Shown: positions 45,558 to 49,768 of the stretch, in pieces
Layout: the number at the start of each line of letters is the position of its first letter
How positions within the stretch are numbered: the first letter of the stretch is position 1
IMG/VR virus record: IMGVR_UViG_3300044818_000012
Coordinates: 1 to 49,768 of that record
Strand: one strand, 5' to 3'
Origin: a virus
Lineage: Duplodnaviria > Caudoviricetes
Length of the DNA stretch: 49,768 bases
Program-made: the position numbers and the translations under genes
The notes under the pieces: generated by a model
Database searches by the model: none
Seen by the model: the letters and a program-made list of their open reading frames with translations, nothing else
What the model was told of the DNA's origin: nothing

Positions 45558-46805
45558 TTAGCTCAACTCACCCCAAGCTTCAAAACCAGCCAATGTAGTA
45601 CCGCCATCAGTGAAGAACATGTACTGATACCCGTGAGGGACAATCAGTTCCATGACAAGCCACCGAGTAGCAGCATTGTTATAAGACTCGCTACTGAAAG
45701 CGAGCGTACCGGTTCCATCTGCTTTCTGGATCTGAGCGCGGATATAGCGAGTAGTGAGGGTAGACGGTGCTGTACGCACACGCACAACCATCTCGTTGCC
45801 CGAACTGTTGAGCCACCACCCCAAGTGAGTCCGGGCAGACTTCACGTCACGCCAAATACGTTGGCGTTGTGGAACGAAAGCCGGCAAGTTAATTAGAGGC
45901 ACCTTGCTGCCTGCATCCAGTGGGGCAACACCGCTTGCTGCACCTTTATCCGCCTGCGCTAAGAACGTGTCCGTGGCATGGGTCTTGGTTTCAAACACCG
46001 CATCGTCGGCCGTCTTCTGCGCCGCAATCTTGGTATCAACCGAGGCTGAAGTGGCTGCGCCATTCCACTGCGTGATCTGGGCTGAGGTGACATAGCGTTT
46101 ATCTACGGCTTCAGTAACCAGTGCCGTGGTGTAGTCGCCGGCTTGTGGGCTGGTGTTTCCGGTACGTCCATTGAAGGACGCTACCCCAATGGCTTGCGTG
46201 TTACCCAGCTTCGACCAGTTCCCAGCTACGGCAGGATCATCGTTGGCATCCAAGCCCCAGGCATCACCCGTATCGCTCTCATAGGCAATCGTCAGGTCGC
46301 CATAAGACGGCAAGGCCAGTCGGGCTGCTGCGTTGGCGACGTTGACCTTGCGTCCGACAGGGAACTCTGGCAACTGCTCATAAGGCACTTTGCCATTTAC
46401 AATGGACGCTTTGGTCAACAGACCGCCTTCGACGGAAGCCAGACGAATGAGCAGGTCAGCCGGGATTTCTCCGCCACCACCCAGCTCAGGCAAGGCCGGT
46501 ACAAAGCCGAACGTCACCGCTTGAACGGGGAAGTTGTAAGACGCAAAGGGCATCCCATAAAGCTGCCAGCCGCTATCGAGCAAGGCTTTAACTTGGGGTT
46601 CCAACCCCTGCATACCTTCCTTCATAACTAGACGGTATTCCCCGACTTCTACGCCGGGTACCTCGCCTTTAACCATTAATTGGGCAGGAGCCCCATGTAA
46701 GTCGAAAGGCGTGCCGTAAAGCACCCACCCGTAAGCCAGTTGTTGAGTAACTAACCGACTGAACGGAATTACCCCAGTTTTTTGAATTAACTGCACTGCC
46801 GCCAT
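45558..46805 (-). CDS. tail fibre-like/virion protein with tandem DUF1737-like N-terminus
   Basis: GWVLYGTPF and GWQLYGMPF repeats; fibre motifs NGKVPYEQLP, VASFNGRTG and KGAASGVAPLDAGSKVP. Confidence 0.7.
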   Translation of the reverse strand: MAAVQLIQKTGVIPFSRLVTQQLAYGWVLYGTPFDLHGAPAQLMVKGEVPGVEVGEYRLVMKEGMQGLEPQVKALLDSGWQLYGMPFASYNFPVQAVTFGFVPALPELGGGGEIPADLLIRLASVEGGLLTKASIVNGKVPYEQLPEFPVGRKVNVANAAARLALPSYGDLTIAYESDTGDAWGLDANDDPAVAGNWSKLGNTQAIGVASFNGRTGNTSPQAGDYTTALVTEAVDKRYVTSAQITQWNGAATSASVDTKIAAQKTADDAVFETKTHATDTFLAQADKGAASGVAPLDAGSKVPLINLPAFVPQRQRIWRDVKSARTHLGWWLNSSGNEMVVRVRTAPSTLTTRYIRAQIQKADGTGTLAFSSESYNNAATRWLVMELIVPHGYQYMFFTDGGTTLAGFEAWGELS

Positions 46806-46849
46806 AAAAACCTCCTTTTTTAACGAAGTCCAACTATACAGGATCTATC

Positions 46850-47674
46850 ATGTCCACACAGACCATCGAACAGCTCCGTCGTATCTTCGACATCCATTTC
46901 ACCTCCCAAGCGCGCATTCGCCCGCATTTCTTCCTGTCCGGACCATCTGGCTCAGGTAAGTCGCACAATGTCGCGAATCTCTGCGATGAGCTGATGATTC
47001 CGCTGGTTGAGATCAACTGTGCGCAACTCACCAAAGAAGGCCTGTCCGGCAACTCGTTGTCGAAAGCCCTAGCCCCTATCGCCTTTAGCGGCATGGGACC
47101 ACTGGTGGTATTCCTCGACGAGTTCGACAAGCTATTCATTCGTGGCAACAACAACAGTGAACTGGCCGACGATTCCACCACCAGCATTCAGAATGAACTG
47201 CTGAAGGTGCTCGAAGGCAAGACCACAAGTATTTATACCGGCGATTATGGCAAGTACGCAGACATCACCATTGATCATTGCCTGTTCGTGTTCGGTGGTG
47301 CCTGGAATGGCGAACCGGATCTAGATCTGGATCGTCTGCGTGCATTCGGCGTGAAGACCGAACTGCTCGGTCGGGTTGGGCTGATCTTTGGCATGGACAA
47401 GGTGAAACTCGCCGACCTGCTGCAAGCGGTGGAAACCAGTGAATTACTGGACGACTACTGCAAGCTGTTCGTCGATGCCGATCGTGACAAGGTCGTTGCC
47501 GAGGTTCAGAAGGTAGTCACCGACAACTATGAACTGAACACGATCGGTTATCGCCAGATTGCCGCATTGCTGCACCAGTTCTTCATCAATGGCTCGCTCA
47601 AGTCCGAGAAAAAGCAGGCAGTCTTCAAAAAAGCACTGTCCCTGCCAACTCCTGTCGATCTGTTCGATAACTGA
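46850..47674 (+). CDS. ClpX-like AAA+ ATPase
   Basis: GPSGSGKS, VFLDEFDKL, IQNELLKVLEG, LFVFGGAW, FGVKTELLGR. Confidence 0.8.
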   Translation: MSTQTIEQLRRIFDIHFTSQARIRPHFFLSGPSGSGKSHNVANLCDELMIPLVEINCAQLTKEGLSGNSLSKALAPIAFSGMGPLVVFLDEFDKLFIRGNNNSELADDSTTSIQNELLKVLEGKTTSIYTGDYGKYADITIDHCLFVFGGAWNGEPDLDLDRLRAFGVKTELLGRVGLIFGMDKVKLADLLQAVETSELLDDYCKLFVDADRDKVVAEVQKVVTDNYELNTIGYRQIAALLHQFFINGSLKSEKKQAVFKKALSLPTPVDLFDN

Positions 47675-47676
47675 TC

Positions 47677-47901
47677 ATGGGGCTCATTCATACTCGAACG
47701 CTGGGGCATATCCACTTTGGTTTGCTCGAAGTGGAGATGCGCAACAAAACCGGCAGCAACGGTAATTTCCACGGACCAATGCCCATTTGTGGCAACGGTT
47801 CGTGGCATGCCCACACAACCCGCAACCCACAGAACATAACCTGCGAGAAGTGCAAAGCATTGCTCGCGGAAAACCCTTCCTATCTTTCAAAGGTGTACTA
47901 A
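47677..47901 (+). CDS. small Cys/His protein
   Basis: IH...ICG...ITCEKC, a possible Zn ligand set. Confidence 0.6.
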   Translation: MGLIHTRTLGHIHFGLLEVEMRNKTGSNGNFHGPMPICGNGSWHAHTTRNPQNITCEKCKALLAENPSYLSKVY

Positions 47902-47904
47902 CCC

Positions 47905-48972
47905 ATGGCAACTATGCTCAAAGACTTCGAAACCCCAATCGGTGAAGCAGTTACTCATGTTCGTGACATTCTGCTGGCCGGTCTGGTACCCATCCTGCGT
48001 GGTAGCCCGGGTATCTCCAAATCCGCGGTGATCCACGAGATTGCTGATGAAATGAACTGGTTGCTGATCGACAACCGCTTTGCTGGTTTCGACCCAACCG
48101 ACATGAACGGCTTCCCCGGTCTGGACATGCAAAAGGGCGTAGCTCGTTACTACCCTCTCGAGAACTTCCCGCTTGACACCGACGAGCTGCCAATCAACCC
48201 GAAAACTGGTCAACAGTATTCCGGCTGGTTGGTGTTCTGCGATGAATTGACTTCCGCCCCGGAAATGGTTCAAGCCGCGTCGTACAAGTTCTTCCTCGAC
48301 CGTAAGGTCGGGCAACGCAACCTTCACCCACTGGCGCACATCTGTGCAGCCGGTAACCACGATGACGACCAAGCTGTGACCGTTCCAATGTCCACAGCGC
48401 TGATCTCCCGTCTGGTCAACCTGTCGGTTACCGAAGACATGTCCCATTGGTTGAAATGGGCTCAGAAGGGCAACATCCGCTCCCTGATCACTTCGTATCT
48501 GGAATGGCGACCTGCAGCGTTCTATACCTTCGACAACAAAAACCCGGATCAACCATTCGCGTGCCCGCGTTCGTGGGAATTCGTGAACAAGCTGCTGGAT
48601 GTCTGGAAAGGCAATCCAACGGGTAAACAGGTACCACTGGCCGGCTGCATTAATGCCATTGCTACCGAGTTCGTCGCGTTTGCGGGCATGCGTGCCAACC
48701 TGCCGAAGAAGTCTGACGTGCTGGCCAACCCGAAAACTGCACCGGTACCAGGCATGCATGAGCCGGGTCCGTTGTACGCTCTGACCGGCGCCCTCGGTGA
48801 CTGGTTTGACAAGGACAACGCAGTGACCATGATGGAATACATCGAGCGGATTCCGTCCGAGTTCCAGATTGTCACCATGCGCAACATCACTCGCCGTCAA
48901 GGCATGGCAGTGTTGGGCAATCCTGCAGTTTCCGCGTGGATGAAGGCCAATGCCAAAGACTTCGTCGGCTAA
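47905..48972 (+). CDS. MoxR-like AAA ATPase (N4 gp24-like)
   Basis: GSPGISKS, VFCDE, AAGN, ALISRL, CPRSWE. Confidence 0.85.
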   Translation: MATMLKDFETPIGEAVTHVRDILLAGLVPILRGSPGISKSAVIHEIADEMNWLLIDNRFAGFDPTDMNGFPGLDMQKGVARYYPLENFPLDTDELPINPKTGQQYSGWLVFCDELTSAPEMVQAASYKFFLDRKVGQRNLHPLAHICAAGNHDDDQAVTVPMSTALISRLVNLSVTEDMSHWLKWAQKGNIRSLITSYLEWRPAAFYTFDNKNPDQPFACPRSWEFVNKLLDVWKGNPTGKQVPLAGCINAIATEFVAFAGMRANLPKKSDVLANPKTAPVPGMHEPGPLYALTGALGDWFDKDNAVTMMEYIERIPSEFQIVTMRNITRRQGMAVLGNPAVSAWMKANAKDFVG

Positions 48973-48997
48973 GCCCCGACCAATACGGTGGACCAAA

Positions 48998-49435
48998 ATG
49001 GTAACCACAGCGATTGGTTTCAAACCGGATGACTGCGTGGCCATACTAGAAGCACTCAACATTCGCAAAATGCCCAGAATCTGGTCATGTGGCGACATGA
49101 TGGTGCTTCTAGTCTCCGGTCATGCAGGGCAGGTCTGCCGAACGCTGCAAGCGCTCGGTATCTCGTTCAACTACGCGACTTACCCGGTCAAAGACTCCAT
49201 GCACGCCAACCAGTCTGGTCAGGTGCGCTATGGTCACGATGGTACCGAGATGTACACCAATCTGGTGCCCGATCCACAAATGGCAGCGGTTTATAGCCGC
49301 TCGCTCCCCGACGAAAATTCAATGGACGATGTGACGCGATTTCGTATCTGTCACGTCTGCTGCGGCCAAGAGCCATGGGATGACCGCGAAGCACACGGGC
49401 AAATGCACAAACTGCGCAATCTGCTCTCTCAATAA
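48998..49435 (+). CDS. hypothetical protein
   Basis: Lies between the gp24-like and gp25-like genes. Start uncertain (48950 or 48998). Confidence 0.55.
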   Translation: MVTTAIGFKPDDCVAILEALNIRKMPRIWSCGDMMVLLVSGHAGQVCRTLQALGISFNYATYPVKDSMHANQSGQVRYGHDGTEMYTNLVPDPQMAAVYSRSLPDENSMDDVTRFRICHVCCGQEPWDDREAHGQMHKLRNLLSQ

Positions 49436-49460
49436 CCATACCTGCCTTGGAGGCAAACCA

Positions 49461-49768
49461 ATGGAACAACATACTGACTTCTGGAAGGCTGTCACCAAGG
49501 CGCGTCTGGATCTGATGCAGATGCCTTCGGCCACCTTTGTGACCACACTGGCCCTGATGATGAAACAGATCATCGACGACACGCCGCGCAACATGACGGC
49601 GGCTACCGACGGACTGGCGATCTTCTACAACACTGGCTTCTTCCTTGGGCTGCCGCGTAAGCAACGCCCAACACTGGTTGCCCACGAGGCGATGCACGCG
49701 GCGCTCGATCACATGGAGCTGGCCAAGGTTCATGGCATCACGCCAGAGAATCACATGCGCTTCAACCG
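49461..49768 (+). CDS. N4 gp25-like metallopeptidase (DUF2201-like), 3' truncated
   Basis: GGAGG RBS; TAATDG...YN...LVAHEAMH (HExxH); follows the MoxR-like ATPase. Confidence 0.75.
   Translation, partial: MEQHTDFWKAVTKARLDLMQMPSATFVTTLALMMKQIIDDTPRNMTAATDGLAIFYNTGFFLGLPRKQRPTLVAHEAMHAALDHMELAKVHGITPENHMRFN

Noticed and set aside
47887-49098. 403-aa minus-strand ORF
   Set aside because: It lies opposite the motif-bearing MoxR-like ATPase.

Overview
The window is about 50 kb of a lytic N4-like podophage genome (Schitoviridae). Its gene order resembles Pseudomonas LIT1/LUZ7-type phages, and the host is probably a Pseudomonas, which is an inference. The assembly appears circularly permuted. In order it contains: the end of the middle/replication region (gp49-like gene, RuvC-like resolvase); an ~870 bp ORF-poor, highly structured segment; the minus-strand late block (3382-aa virion RNA polymerase, ejection/structural proteins, major capsid protein, portal, an antisense dUTPase, adaptor, terminase); the probable genome-end junction near 28.2-28.3 kb; and then the plus-strand early/middle region. 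That last region holds five hairpin promoters, a Drc-like cofactor, two-subunit RNAP II, many small ORFs, an inverted pair of DUF1737-headed virion/esterase genes and AAA ATPases. The most unusual observations are: (1) a translationally coupled array of about 9-10 small, divergent proteins that share a C-terminal [VIL]P[ED]xxx(V/L)xx(M/L)-type motif, with a degenerate macrodomain gene inside it; (2) a candidate large structured ncRNA or leader containing a switch-like set of mutually exclusive helices; (3) a Tyr-to-Phe change at the motif B position of the virion RNAP; and (4) possible host-regulator mimics (a standalone AlgR-like LytTR domain, a ClpX-like ATPase lacking the IGF loop, and RMF-like peptides). 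All family assignments come from reading motifs by eye; no searches were run.
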